From Phoronis australis (lineage: Eukaryota; Animalia; Phoronida): a stretch of DNA of 64,000 bases. Location of the stretch: the NCBI GenBank assembly GCA_002633005.1, contig NMRA01000093.1, positions 975,366 through 1,039,365 of the forward strand, written 5' to 3'. Positions within the stretch are counted from its first letter, which is position 1; every line of letters starts with the position of its first letter. The notes under the pieces are model-generated. The model made no database searches. It saw nothing but the letters and a program-made list of their open reading frames with translations, and was not told the origin of the DNA. Both the position numbers and the translations under genes were made by a program. Of this stretch, positions 13,901-28,900 are shown one piece after another.

Positions 13901-16900
13901 ACAACACTAGTGGGAAAATTGAAATTATAGAATAGCTTAGCAACCTCATAGTTTTACATAGCTTTCCTGATAAATATCCTCTAATCTCAGTCATTACGGA
14001 AAGCTACACTGACAAATGGCTTCTACCGATAGTCATCATGAAGGAGAATTCCCGGTCAAGTTTTTGTATGAATACTTTTGGCGTATATTGTACTTAAAGG
14101 TCCCATAGTTGTCAGGTTGAAGCCCACATCCAGCAACAAGTGCACTCTTTCAATAAGCTCAGTGATTAGACACTGATCACCATTAGGTAAAAACAGCTCA
14201 CAGATAGCACTCTCCTTTGTCACGGAGGTAACAAAGCACGTTGTTTTCATTGAGTTTTGAAGTCAGTCATTATCTCCACACGTCAGCCGTCGAGGTGTAT
14301 TGCCATGGAAATATTCACAATGTCAGCTGTTTTCGGTTAAAAATTAACCCAACAATTTTGCTTTATCCACTAGCTCTGCATTTTCCTGTCTTTGATTGAA
14401 GTTGGGAAGGTGAAAAATTTAATACCACTCATTAAAATTCATCCAGCTTTCTCCCATCAGAGTTGTAAGCTAGGACGGCACTAATACATCATTGGCATTG
14501 GAAGGACAAAAACTGTACAGCCAAAAAAACTTGTAAAAAATTAAACAGCAAAGAACACGTGGACCTCCAATGGCAAGAAAACACCAAGCCCCAAAAGTCC
14601 TTCGTTGACAGATATTGTGGCATCGTGGGTTTAGTACAACGAGATTCGCGTGAGTGTCGACCCTATTGCTGACTGAGGACTTGTGACTATAACAAATGAT
14701 GCTTCTTTCTTCATGTTTTGATCATTTCTTCAAATCTTTGTAACCTGAGGTACTCAGAAGTTGTTCATGAGGAATACTTTAATGAAACCAAATTCAAATC
14801 GGGTACTAACGTCAGACAGCCTGTACACGAAATGGAGGCAGTCATTACGTTGCAACGCCAGAAATTTGTAACATGCACTACTGCGCATGCGCAAAATCTT
14901 GCCAGCAGCCCTCCATAAGAAATACACAAGAACAGGCTATAATCAGGAGTTTATAAGTGAGGGGAGATAACTACACAATTTGCCGATAGCCTGTAGCGCA
15001 GAGTGTATGTTAAGACTTGTTACTGCCAAATATCAGCGACATTGGTGAAAATTTTTCCACGTCTCTTGAAGTTTGCCCCGTTCAGGCCTATGTTAAAGAT
15101 CGTCCGGAAGTCAATATTTGAGCGCATAACTCATTCTGAAGTCAAGTTTGTGGCTGAATTCATTTTGCCATCAGATTTGCAGATAGCCTAGGTGACTACC
15201 AGGAGTACTCAGAGGTTGCTGATCCAAATTTCATGCTGTTTTTCGAAAATTTTTCCACGTCTCTTGTGTTCTGAAAATGGATCCACGTACAGTGCTGTGA
15301 GATGAAATGTTGCCGATCGCCTGGCTGTCTTGCAATGGAATTTGCACTTTGTAGATGAGAGATTACGTAGCTCAGAATCGCTAAGAAAGTGTCATGTTCA
15401 TTTTCTCATCCGGTATGAGTTTAGAAATACTTTCGAAGTTTGAAAAACTCGGATTTTATACAGGTTTATGCAGGTTTCGCCTGTGAGTAATTGATACTAG
15501 TTAAATCTTCAAATGTTATTTCGGTTTTTTTGTGATCCACATTACGTTGTCCTTCGTCTTAATTCAATACTGTTACTTAAAAGTGGATTCCGCACTCAAA
15601 TTTGTATTGGCAAACATCTGAAAATTAATAAAAACCGCTTTGCCAGCCCGCATAATTAGCCAATTGCAAGCACACGCGACTGCCTGGCCGACGTTCAATT
15701 CACTTTTGTTATGGTTATGTGTACAAGTTAACAGAGACCTGTGACCCCGATGCCCCAGCTAGCACTGTCATACTGTTAACTAGGGGATTCCAGAAATTCC
15801 AGATACTGTTATTGTAAACTTGACAAGTATTGCTCTGCAGACTATACATACTGACTTCGAGCTCACGGTACTAGCGCCCAAGCTTCCTGACCTTTAACCT
15901 AACTATGCGTTATCATGATTGGTTAGGGACATGGCGCTAAGCGTCACCTAACGGATCAAGAATGTTACAAATTTCTGGCGTTGGACATGGCCAGCCTCGC
16001 TTTCATATGCCACAAGAATATATAAACGTGATCTTTTTAAGAATGGTCAGCTATTCAGCAAAAAGGAAGTCAATGGAAATGATTGATAAAACTATATGTA
16101 CTCAACAGACACAAACCATAGATATACAAGACCGCAGGCAATCAGAGCCAGCACTATAAAACCACAGATTGGAGCAGCAATGGCCAGCACAGTCTGATCA
16201 GTGATCCCACCACCTGAAATGACATGACATTTGGTTAATGGCAACAAATTACTAGGAACACTAGCTTTTAGCCTTATTCGTAGAGAAAAGAATGTGGCAG
16301 CGTTGACCACATTGTCCTGAACTGCTCATAAGTACCCTTCACTAAAACCATGACAGAAGTAGTTTATCAATTCTGGCAAATCTAGTGCTTGCAACTCACC
16401 ACGGCAACTACTGAACAATTACAGTAAAAGCTGCCTAGCCTCTAAATAACAATGTCCCATTCATGATTACATAATACACAAGACATGTCAAGAACTTCTA
16501 CACTGCAAACTGACAAGCTGCAACCAAGTACATTATCAGAAATGTAACACTGACAGACGAGTGCAAACTGACAGTGTGCCAACATGTTACCTGTTTTTAG
16601 GAAGACCAAGTATTTTGTATCTGATCACCTTGTTCCGAGTCATTTATACAGTAATGTATAAACAGATAGTGGTTTTGCTTTAGAAGGCGGAGGTTAATCA
16701 CCGCAGTTGCTTTTTTCTTGTTTCTTTATTAAACATAAAACTTTTAAAAACATGTGGAAATGAAGAGAAAACCATCATACTCGAATACATAATTATGCAC
16801 AATGCACACTTGTGGTGGGGGTCATATATTTACAACTCAAAAACAAACTGCCCTCAAAATAAAAGTACCATAGGGGCCCATCTGTTATCAAAATCTTCAA

Positions 16901-19900
16901 ATTTTGGATTATTGTGAATGAAATATTTTTCAATTTTGAAATACTCAAAGACTTCCTTTTAAAGTATATCAAATTGGGAGTCATGTTTTTAAGACGCTTT
17001 TCCAAAAAACATCTAAATTTGAAAGCTCTAACAACCTTCTCACTTTGTTTATGATCCAATCATCAAGTGAAACTCCACAACTGAGTTGACCTATTGGCTA
17101 CATATACACACTGGCCATTGTAAACACAACCAGAGTGACTACCAGCATCCTATCAGTAATTTTCATGTTGACAAAGTTTTCAAGGCTGCCATGTAACTAA
17201 GAGCTGACATGGACCAACTCCAAAAGTTATTGTGTGAAAGCAGTTAAACCCTTTAAATGAGTGACCAGCAGTGAATTTTTATTTCCAGTACTAACATCGT
17301 TTTTCAAATGCAAATTGTCATCTCATAAACATATGGTGACAACACAGATAATTTGGTGACTTGTAAACAATAGATGATGGAAAGCAAAATCTGCTCTTGA
17401 GCGCACCAGTGCTGAAAGCATGAATACAGTATCAGCAGACTGTTTATGGTCACTGCTGTTCCTGTATTGGTTGAGAGCACCACCAGTGTTTGCTGGGCTG
17501 TGCATTCATCTGTGTGGAAGTACAACAGTCTACTTGCACAATCATGCATGTGACCTACATTTAAATACATGCGCCGTATCAGTGTGGCACTGCTTGGTAT
17601 CATCATCGGTTTTTCGGTGTGAAGATCGAGCACGAGTGAGAATTCTGATGTAAGTAATTTGTATTTTGCAACAACAGAAGTACCATAAATGAAATCTCCC
17701 AAATAGTAAATTTTAAACAGAAAAATTTAGAAGTGAAAGAAGAGTGGCAAGGCAGCATTGCGAGTTAACCATGCAGTTTTTTGAAAATCAAATTAAGTTT
17801 TTCAGATGACACTTTTATTGTACGATGAGAAATCGCAAGGCAATGTTATCACTTAGATATACCTTCACCACCTTTCATCGTCTTGTCAATAATGGCTGAT
17901 GTACAAGTTCTGTCATGAGTGGCATTTCCTGGTGAAGCTTGCATCTGTTCCCCTGAACATTCTGTCCAGTTCTTGCATGGGTTCTTCAGATTCTTGTCCA
18001 CTGAGCTGAAGGTACCGTTAGCACACTTCGTGCAATTTGTGTCTGAGTTTTCCGACCCTGTGAAACAAAACACAACCAACATGGGCCAGTGGGAAATTCA
18101 CTCTTGTTTTAACCATTTAACAACTTAAGATTCAGAACAGCTTTCGTAAAAAGCTAGAAAAATGTAAGCTGGTGACTTTTTGCTAGGGGTAAATTGAATC
18201 TTTTACTTCTGGGATTGCTTTCATGAAAGTGATTTAAGATGAAAAAAAAAAGCAAATTTGGTCCTTCGCTCCAACTCTCCAACATTGCTTGATGAAAGTT
18301 TACTCAAACAATTATTGAGTGCATCACATAGATATTATCTCAGTAACTAACAGTTCTCAGAATTTTTGCACTCTTGCTCAAGTACTATATAAATGATGTT
18401 TAAGAAATTATTGTTATGTGGAACAAAACTAAATTTCAGACTCAAGTCGCAGGTCATAGATTTAATTGCGCAAGAAAGTTCACTTACGTCAGACCTATCA
18501 TGAAGAACTGTATTTGCTGCGTTAAACAGTCTCAAAGTGGGACTCAACAAAGTTCACTGGAGAGGTGAAAATATCATTATCCTTTTGTATGCTGTTTTAG
18601 TTACATTTCTATGTCAATATTTGGGAACTTTTCATGCAACACTCCACACGCAGACTTACTCCTGGAATGAGTTGTTGCTAGGTTTGAAGGCTGTCTAGAC
18701 GCTACTTAAACAAGCACAACTTTCCCCACTTATGACAACAAACTCTACCATATCAAGGTGGGACAGCTTATTCTAACGGTAACCCATGTGACTTCTGATC
18801 ACTGCATGTATCCACAAAACTGGGGCATCACGTATGTAATTATCAACTGGCAAATTTGCATCAGACATCCAATTGTCATGCATAGGGGGACAACTTGTGC
18901 CTTACCCTAGTGAATGGATATATGTGTGTGTAGAAACTCCATTTAAAAATGGGGTAAGCTGCACATAGTAAAAGTTGTTCTAGGACAGGCAGAGTCCCAA
19001 TTTACTTTCATTGAACTAATGGTCCAGTTTTTGATTACATTATTAGAAAATGTCATGAGTCAAAGAAGAGCCCATGAAGGTAAAATGGCAGAAAAAGATT
19101 AAATTTGTGGGTAAAGAATGACACAGATAGGCACAAGATTTAAGGCACTTAGCTCAGTTCTAATTTGGGATGATTTCATGGAATCAGCACTGAAGTCTGG
19201 CAAGTTAGACAAGGGCAACGCGAAGTGCTGAAATCTGCCCACGAATGCACCGCAAATGGTGTGCTTCTAGGGGTGTTTATTTGTATAATAGAAATGGCCA
19301 CTAGATGGCGCAAAATATGTCAAATCCATCCAAAACGAGAACATATTATCACTTCTTATAATTGAAAGTTGTTTACCAAATTTCATAAAAATCTTTCAAG
19401 GAACTTCAAAGAAACGAAAGAAAATGGAAAAAATGAAATTGCCAGTAGGCGGCACAGTGTGTGTAGGCCCCGTCTGCAAGTCATCGTCGTCCACTGTCAA
19501 CTTTATATAAATACACTTCTTAAATTTAATTAAAATCTTGCAGTAGGCTTAGGAGATACAGCTATGGTCACTAAAAAAACAGAACTGCCACTAGGACGTG
19601 CCACAGTTGTTGAAGTCCACACAAAATCATTGTCAATGAGTCCTCCTTGCACAAAGAGCATATGCCCAAATTTTCACAATAATCCTTAAAGTGGTTTGGT
19701 TGATGGAGGGTGGACACCAAAGCAGTTTTGAAAACAGAAAAAATGACCACTAGGTGGCTCATAATGCCTCAAATCCATTCAAAAACGGGAACATGTCATC
19801 GTTTCCTTAATAGAAATCTATTAACAACATTTCATAAGAATTCATCAAGGAACGTCAGAGATACACAGAAAAACAAAACAAGAGCAACGCAGAGCGTTGA

Positions 19901-22900
19901 AATCCACCCACAATTGCACCGTATACAGTATCCTTCTAGGGTTGTTTATTGGTACCATAAAGTGGCCAGTAGAGGGCATATATGTAGTATGTTGTACTTT
20001 GCAAAAAATGGAAAGGCATGGTCATTGTCTCCTCAATAGGCTAGGGGCAAAATGTGAGTGATCTTCATAATACAAGCACATCCTATACATCATTTGCTTA
20101 AAGCACCACAGAAACATAGAATTAAAAACAAATTTACCAACATACGAGATTAGCACAGCATTAGAATGCCAGAAACAAATTTCTACTTGGAACTTTTCCT
20201 TCATAGTCACGAAGTAACACAAAGTATACACCTGAAGACCTATGAAAATACAGAGGTCAATGTAAAATACTAAAATTGCCACTAGAGGCAAATACTAAAA
20301 TTGCCACTAGAGGCATACCGGTAGTCAGAATCATCCTAAAGTCGTCATCGTCCGTTGTCAACATCACATAAATACACTTGCTAAATTTAGTAAAGATCCT
20401 GCAAACGGTTTGGGAGATACAGCCATGGGCGCAAAAAAACAAAACTGCCACTAGGAGGCGCCACAGTAGTCCAAATCGTCTGAAAATCATTGTCAGCTGT
20501 CTTCCTTATAGTAAGCACATACACGCCAATTTTCACAATCATCCTTTGAGCGGTTTGGTTGATAGAGGGGTGGACGCAAAAATACAGACTCGAAAACAGT
20601 AAAAATGGCCACTAGGTGGCGCAAACTATGTCGAATCCATCTGAAAACAGGAGGATAGCGTCATCTCACTAATAGGTGCCTACATACCAAATTTCATGAA
20701 AATCCGTTCAGGACTTTTGAAGATACAAAGGTAAGCGTAAAAAACTAAAATTGCCACTAGGGGGCACACCGGTAGTCGGATCCGTCCGAAAGTTCGCACA
20801 TGCCGTCCCATTCATGAATGGAACATATGTGCCAAATTTCATGCACGTATGTCAAAGGGTTTTGGAGATAAAGCAGCGGACGCCGGACGGACGCTGTCCG
20901 GACGGATGGATGCCGTCCGGACGGACGGAGATGACGGCATAATGCGTCCATATATAAATATGTGGGCCCATAAAAATTAAATTGCCACTAGGGGGCACAG
21001 CATTTGTCGGATCCATCTGAAAGTTGCCGCCGTCAGTTGTCAACCTCATATAAATACATTTGCTAAATTAAAAAGATCCTGCAATGGGTTTAGCACATAC
21101 AGCTTTATGGGCGCAAAAAACAAAACTCAGTATCGCTAGGAAGCGCCACAGTTCTCGAAGTCGTGAGTAAATATCGTCAATCAGACTCAAAAACAGTAAA
21201 AATGGCCACTTGGTGGTGCAAAATTCATTGAATCAGTCCGAAAACAGTAGGATAGCATCATCTCACTAACTGATGACGAGGTGTCAAATTTCATGACAAT
21301 CTGTTGAGGACCTTAGATGATACTGAGGTAAACTTAAAAAAATAAAATTGCCACCAGAGAACACACCGGAAGTTGGAGACGTCCAAAATTCGTTATCCAT
21401 TGTCACCTTCATAGGAACACATCTGCCGAATATCATCAAGGAGATAGAGCTGCGGACGCTGGACGCCCAGACAGAGATGACGGCAATATGCACCCACTTG
21501 GGCGCATAAAAATAGCACAGGTTAGTACATGATTTGGTAAGAGAACTGATAGGGACAGAAAGTGATTACATCACACCCTAAACAAATACTCCAAACTCTA
21601 GACAAACAACATAGCGTTGGCCTACTCATTTACACAAACACACTTTTCAAACTAGTAAAAAACTTAAATCTAAGCTCATGCCACAAATAAGTACATATTA
21701 ATTAACCAGCGTTTCTGAAACATTTCCCAGTTTCAACTTTGTTCTGTCCCGGAAAGTAGATTTTTTGCTGTAAACTGACTAGCATCAATTCCATTACCTA
21801 ACTTCATCACTCCATATCCAGCGTCACATGAGGTGTGCTTTTTGCACACTTCATATTTGTTGTTCCTGTAAAAGCCATCTGGGCAGCCACACTTCAGGTT
21901 CTTCACAATGGTACATGGCTCCTTTTCATCCTCCCCATATAAAGAATCGCAAGTAAAGTCGCAGCTTGCACACATGGTCGACTGGGTACATGCTGAATTA
22001 TACTGTCCTTGCGGGCACACCTGACACTCAGTTTCATCATTGGCATTACAATGACGTTTAACAAAGTGCCCAGGAGGACATTTCTTACATACTGCTTCCG
22101 GGTTTGTTTCAAGCACATATGTGCCACAGGATGCCTACAAACAGAAAATATAAACTGAGTTAAGATAACCTGCGGTATATAACCATGACTCGATGCCAAA
22201 GTTAGGTAATAAAAATATGGAGACATCAGAGCAGAAGTGGTTCAACAAAGGGGTACAAGAAGCTATCTATATCAAAGCCCCAAAGTTTTCCCATTGTAAG
22301 CTGGGTCATTGATAATGCACTATGTAAATGAGATCTCATGTGACAAAAGTTCACGCTACTAGTACTTAACATAATCCCATCGCAAGAGACAAGACGTCTC
22401 CAAGGATCTCTAGGAAAATGTGAACTCAGTTCAGCAAACAAAGTTCAAGTATTAACAACGCAGTGAGTTAGTATTAAGGCATATGTGTGAATTATTGGAA
22501 ATTTCCACAAAGTAGACGAATTCCTAACATGCCTACTTTAAAGGAGAATGCCACCCAATCTAGTCTTCTTTACCATTTTACTTGGTCGATATCCGCATCA
22601 CTTCGTATACGGTCGATCTTACCTCCCCGAGAGGTGTCGGGTTAACGTGTGAGGAAGATGAGAAACGACGCAGCAACATCAGTGGTTCTTCGGCAAAATT
22701 AGTGCCGCTATGGTGTGGTGTATCTTTCCCGTTTCTGCGAACTATGAAGCTGCGAGGTAAGCGGGTGTATCGTTTTTTCGATTTCCTCGAGAGCCCATAA
22801 TGCTTCGGAAGTGTCTCACGGTAGTGAAGAATGAAAAGAACACCGTTAATACCAAGTATGAGGCCGTGAAACTTCTCTGTGACTGTCAGTGGCCTGCACT

Positions 22901-25900
22901 TACTTGGATTGGTTGTTGATCAGTTTTTGATTATGGAGAATTGTAGTTGGCCATGAAAACATAAACAAAAAGGCGTGAGATCATAACGTTTTATGTAACC
23001 TGTTTGATGACTGACTCGTTCGTTAGGCTTTTGTTTGCTCCTCCGGGTGTAGGATGTTTTCCCCACTTCTTTTTCACAGCCCTAAAAAACGTCATAAGCA
23101 CACCTTTTTTAGATGTGTTGCAAAATCAGGATGGTCCATGAGACACATCTGTGCTTCTCCAAGAATTCGTTTCACTTGCGGAATTTTGTAGCAGCAAAGG
23201 CAAGCGTCAGTCGTTCCATTATCGTGCAAGTATCTCAACTCACTGACACCATGTCAAGTTCATACGTTTTTCAGAACTATTCATATGTTCCGTTGTCTGT
23301 GCACCCTAAACAATGATTATATCAAACTATAACAAAGTCTGTCTCATTAGATACATTTTGTACTGCCTTGGAGTGTTTGCGAGACTAAGTGCAAAGGTTT
23401 TGAGAAGCCAGCAACAAACCAGCTAATTGACCAGGCACCGAGGCCGTGTGAGCGCACGCTAATTCAGGGTTTGCTGACAAAAAGCTGTTGTGAAACAATT
23501 ACTCGATTTCATATTCTATGGTCAGATGTAAGGGGGATCTTTATTTAGATATTCATATACATTATTCGAATCATTGTTACCCTACAACTTTTGCCCAGAC
23601 AGTTCTGTGGAAGGGTAACCTGACTTCACGGCCCCTGACGAGCTAGTAAGTTGATTTGCAGTTTTCCGGGTAATTCACCAAAATAATCAGCATTCACATT
23701 TTTTCTTTGGCTCACTAGTATAGTCTTTTTGTGACTGGAAGTTTAGTTTCCAGTTCGGCTGGTTGATGTTCGTGATGTCTTCAATCACCGTTATTAGGGA
23801 GGACGTTTTTTTTTTTTTTTTTTACAANTACCCACGAGTCATACATTTTTGAAAAGCCCTTGGTGTGAGAAATAAAATGGAGCAAAAATCAGAAAAATTG
23901 GATGAGTGGTTAACGAGAAAATTGCCGTTGAAACGCGACGATTATGCGTAAAATATCTGCCTTTTTACATAATTTTGTAAAAAATAAAAGAATATACATG
24001 TGCTGCATATAAAAAGATTCGTCTCATTGTGTCAAACATGGTGGTGTGTATTATATAAAATTTGGATCGATTTCTACAGAGATATTGCTGTTTAAGTGTG
24101 TTGTTAGCATATAGAACAGGCTCATCATATTTGATGAAAACAATGAAATACACAGCTTAAAAGGTAAAGAGCAAAGACATCACATCAGCTCAGAAATAAA
24201 TACATTCTGAGCTACAAGGAAATTTCACATCAAATCACAAGATCACATTGGTGGATTTGGGGGGTAAGGGGGCCTGGCCCGTGGCCCCACTAAAACTCAC
24301 ATATTTCATTTGGCAGTTTGAGGGTGCAAATATCTTACGGGTAAAATCCTGCGTAATACTCTGTCAGCAATGATGTGTTGCCCATGTAGTAGTATTCAGG
24401 GGCAGATCTAGGATTTTTAGATAGGAGGGGGGTCCTATCTAAAAATCCTAGATCTGCCCCTGAATACTACTACATGGGCAACACATCATTGCTGACAGTG
24501 ACAGGGGGCTGGGGGAGGCTTATAGCTCCCCCACTTTTTTCAGTGCTGGGTGCCACCCATGTACTATTAGATCGCGTCGTGGCAAAAAACATCAGAAAGT
24601 AGACAAAAGACCATTTGGGAAAACAAATCATTCTTAACATGAAGGATTTCATCATTTACGCATTAAAAACTTTGTAACAACTTTATTTCGAATGGTGAAC
24701 TTGCGATGCCATTGAACTTCAACGTAGCCACTGGTGGCGCTGACATGCGGCCACTTAGTGAACTAACGACTGCTGTTTGAAAAGTGCCAATGCGCAGCAG
24801 TTTGACAGAATTTCTAAAAATGAAATAACTACCAGTTAAAAGAGTGATAAATTCCTCATCTAAAAATTGGGGGGGCATATTGCGTAAATGGAAAAATATC
24901 AATCTCTCGACCGACCAAAATTAGGCCTTCCGGACGATCGAAAACTCGCCATGAAAACTTGGCCTTGACTTCCAGAAAACAACTTGAGGAGATGCGCACG
25001 CATCTAAACTACATCCTGTCCAAATTTCATGTTTGTAATTGAGAGTATAATGCTATTTTGAATAGGAGGAACAAGAGGTACTTTTTCGAAAGTTGATCGC
25101 ACGGCGGAAAATCGTGCGCTAAAAAAGCTTACAAAAAATGATTTATCAGCGATAATTTGAGACAAAAAGATTACAAACTTACAAATAAAGACTAAGGTAA
25201 CGATTTATAACACAAAATTATCTTATAGTTAACTTTGAAGTCTGAAATTGGGTAATTTACCGACGTGGGTTTTACACGGAGGCAGATATGGAGCACCGTA
25301 ACCTACTTATTGATTGTCCTCCCTACCGTTATGGGCCTGATTGGGTTCCGCTAGCCGCTGGCCGGGATAGCAAGTATTTTGAGTGTTTTAACACACAAGA
25401 ACTAAAAGAACTAAAAAAAAGTCTAAAATTACAACAAGCAGCTATGTTTTCCTGTCTATATTTCACGGAAGATTAATTTGAATTTATCATCAAAACACCC
25501 CAAACTCCCGCAACCAACCTTGCGGTAAATTGGCTTACCAATTTTGTAGGCTACGGTATGTTTAAATACCTAACAACAGCAATGCGGAGCATTGAAATGT
25601 GCCCACGGATGCACCGCAAATGGTGTGCTTCAAGGGGTGTTTATTTGGACGGTACATAAAAATAGCCACTAGGTGACGCGAAATACGTTGAATCCATCTG
25701 AAAACTGGTACGTGTCATCAAAGCTATTTGCCAAATTTCATAAAAATCCGTCAAGGAACATCTGAGAAACCGAGGAAAACATTTGAACAAATAAAAATGC
25801 CAGTAGGAAGCTATAGGTGCAAAAAAACAACTGCCACTATGAGGCGCCACAGTATATGAAGTCGTCAGAAAATCATCGTAAGACTTCCTCTTCACATTAG

Positions 25901-28900
25901 GAACATACATCCCAATTTCCACAAAAATCCTTAGAGTGGTTTGGTTGACAGAGGGGCAGACGCCAAATGACAAGACTCTGAAACAGTAAAAATGCCCACT
26001 AGGTAGCGCAAAATATCCCGAATCAAACCGAAAACCAGAGAATAGTGTCAGCTCACTAGTAGATACCTATCTGCAAAACTTTATGAAAATCCATTGAGGA
26101 CCTTTGAAGATACAGAGGTAAAATTAAAAATAAAATTGCCACTAGGTGGCACACCAGTAATCCGATGCATCCAAAAGTAGCCATCGTTTGTTGTCAAGTA
26201 GATATAAATACACTTGCTAAATTTAATAAAGATCCTGCTGAGAGTTTAGGAGATAATAGCCATGGGCGTAAAAAAACTGCCACTAGGAGGCGCCACATTT
26301 GTCAAGTTCGTCGGACAATCATCTGAGAGTCAGCCCTCCTCTTCACATTAAGAATATTTATGCCAATTTCCCCAATCATCCATAGAGTGATTTGGTTGAC
26401 AAAGGAGCAGATGCCAAAAATGACTCGAAAACAGTAAAAATGGCCATTAGGTGGTGCAAATTCCACGAATTCAACAAAAACCGAAAGATAACGTCACCTC
26501 TGTAATAGATGCTTATCAGCCAAACTTTATAAAAATCCGTTGACCACCTTTGAAGATAAAGAGGTAAACGTAAAAAACTAAAATTGCTAATAGGGGGCAC
26601 ACCGGTCGTCCAGTCCGTCCCAAAGTCATCGTTCTCTGTTGAAAACTTTATATAAATACTCCAGCAAAATTCAATAAAGATTCTGTACAGCGTTTAGGAG
26701 ATGCAGCCAAGAGCGCAAAACTGCCACTAGGAGGTGCCACAGTTGCTGTCTGAAAATCATCGTCAGCCACTCTCTTCACAGTAAGAACATAATATGCCAA
26801 TTTTCAAAATCCTCCCCAAAGCGGTTTGGTTGATAGAAGGACGGGACGCCAAAAACAGACTCAAAAACAGTAAAAATGGCCACTAGGTGACGCAAAGTAC
26901 CTCGAATCCGTCCGAAAAGGAAATGATGGCATCATCTTACTAATACATGCATAACTGCCAAATTTTAGGAAAATCCGTTGAAGACCTCCAAAGATACAGA
27001 GGTAAGGGTAAAAAAACTAAAATTGTCTGTGGGGGGACACCTGTAGTTGAAGAGTTCCGAAATTCGTCATCACCTGTCGTCATCTTCATAGGAACACATC
27101 TGCCAAATCTCATCAAGATCCTGTGAAGGGTTTAGGTACAGCTGTGGACGCCGGACGAAGAATGCCCAGACAGAGATGACGGCAATATGCGACCACTCCG
27201 GGGGTGCATAAAAATCCTTAACAGCCAAATAAAATAACACCGTTGTTTAATAACTGTTAGTATTTGTAAGGGTTTTACATCACATTTTGATGATTCATTG
27301 GTGTAAAACAATCAATTCAACCTATAAGCTGACACCAGTGAGCTTTAATTGTTTTGAACTGCTGAAAAGACTGCACTTGAACCTCTGACATTATTGGTTA
27401 ATTTCAACACCTTCGTCTGCCGTCAGGTAAAACAGCTGTACTTGCTGTTATCGAGTGGAACTACTCTATCTAAATTGATACAAAATAGGTTGTTTTTGGG
27501 TGTCACTCTCCTTTAATAAACATGGTGGGTAGCAATACCTTCTTGCAGCAGAGATGCTTAAATCACTAATTTCATATCAAAAATACCAAAAAAACCAACC
27601 ACACCATTGAAGCTGTCAAATTCAGGCCCGTAGCCAGGGGGTTCGAGGGGTTTTATCAAACCACCCACGAAGAAGGCCTAGCCCCAGCCTATCTTATGGA
27701 CAACAACAAAATTGTTACAGCTACTGGCACAACCAACTACAATGATAACGGAGTTAGTAATAATTTTGAATTTACTTCTGATTTAAAGCGCTTTACATAA
27801 TCATCCGGCCATACTTGGCCAACTTCAGACGACAGAAGCGCACAGATGACTAGAGGAGCCTCAACGGCATTGAACACACATGGTGGTTACACCGTAGTGT
27901 AAAAAGGGAGTTTAGAAGTAAATGTCTAAACCTTAAGTTAAGCTAAATAACGCTAAGCTCCCAAAAAGTAGTTCGGTGTGAATGCCTTAAAACCGAACAA
28001 GAAACGAAACAGCAAAAAAACAGGTTTCTTATCTGATATTGCTTGCTAGCATAGTATGGTAAAGGGCAGGCATTTTCAAATTTGGAATTGAAAGTGTTCA
28101 TCAAATACAGGTATGGTTTTCATCCAGTGTCTCCTTTGATTGTGGATTGACACGTATGCGTGTACGTGTTCCATACTTTTAAATACAATAGAAACCGACG
28201 GTAAGTTCACTATAGGCAGCCCTCCGTCGTTGCTCAAAAACCAGACATTCAACTATAACAGTGTTTTCTTGTATTGAGAAAACACCTACGAGGATGTTCA
28301 CATTTTGGGGGAAAAGTAGATATAGACCCAATAAAAATTTGTTCAATGAAGATAGACTTATCTTGTTAATACTGTCAATTATGCACAGCCTCACAGACTT
28401 CATACGAGCAACTAACTTGCATTACATCCAAGTTCTAATTCACCCCCTTGCACACATTCGCTAGTAAGACCGAGCTCAGAGGAGTAGGAGACACCTTTGT
28501 GCAATGTTCGATAGCCGCAGCCAGTGAAGGCCGGATTCAAACCCAGGTATCCCAAACAGGAATCCCGACCTCAAACCGCTGAGCCACACAGTTCAATACT
28601 CTGATACGGTAGTCTGCTAATGATTTAAACAGCACGTTTCTGCAATACTTGTAGTCAGCAGTTGTGGAAATCACAACATGTTATAGCATAGAGATTAGCT
28701 GTAGTTAACTGTTTTTGTGTAAATTTGCCTCCCGGACATTCACGGACATAAGTGTTCTATAACTTTTTACCTTACTCATTTCCGTAGCGATTTGTTTTAT
28801 AACGAGGATGTTGTATTGTCTACTCAATAGATGGTGATACCAGTCACATCGCCATGACTAGATGTTTATTCATTGCTATTAGTAGAATAATTAAGAGTTT

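Larger units (their letters stand above)
22542..27512 (+). mobile_element. Kolobok-type non-autonomous element with nested insertions
   Basis: TTAA|AGGAGAATGCCACCC ... GGGTGTCACTCTCCT|TTAA; colinear in reverse complement with 33740-35414; interrupted at ~23800-25200 and by HINE copy 5. Confidence 0.7.

Noticed and set aside
22170-22226. MSPYFYYLTLASSHGYIPQ as the receptor's signal-peptide exon
   Set aside because: It would require a 35-nt intron and is only weakly hydrophobic; the 29.5-kb candidate is preferred.
23805-23830. Poly-T run as a retroposon tail
   Set aside because: Adjacent to an 'n' at 23828, so it may be an assembly join; no TSD found.
7421-27215. Regularly spaced conserved motif resembling a CRISPR array
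   Set aside because: The 'spacers' are themselves repeated (ABC trimers), the period is ~147 bp, no cas genes are present and the context is eukaryotic.
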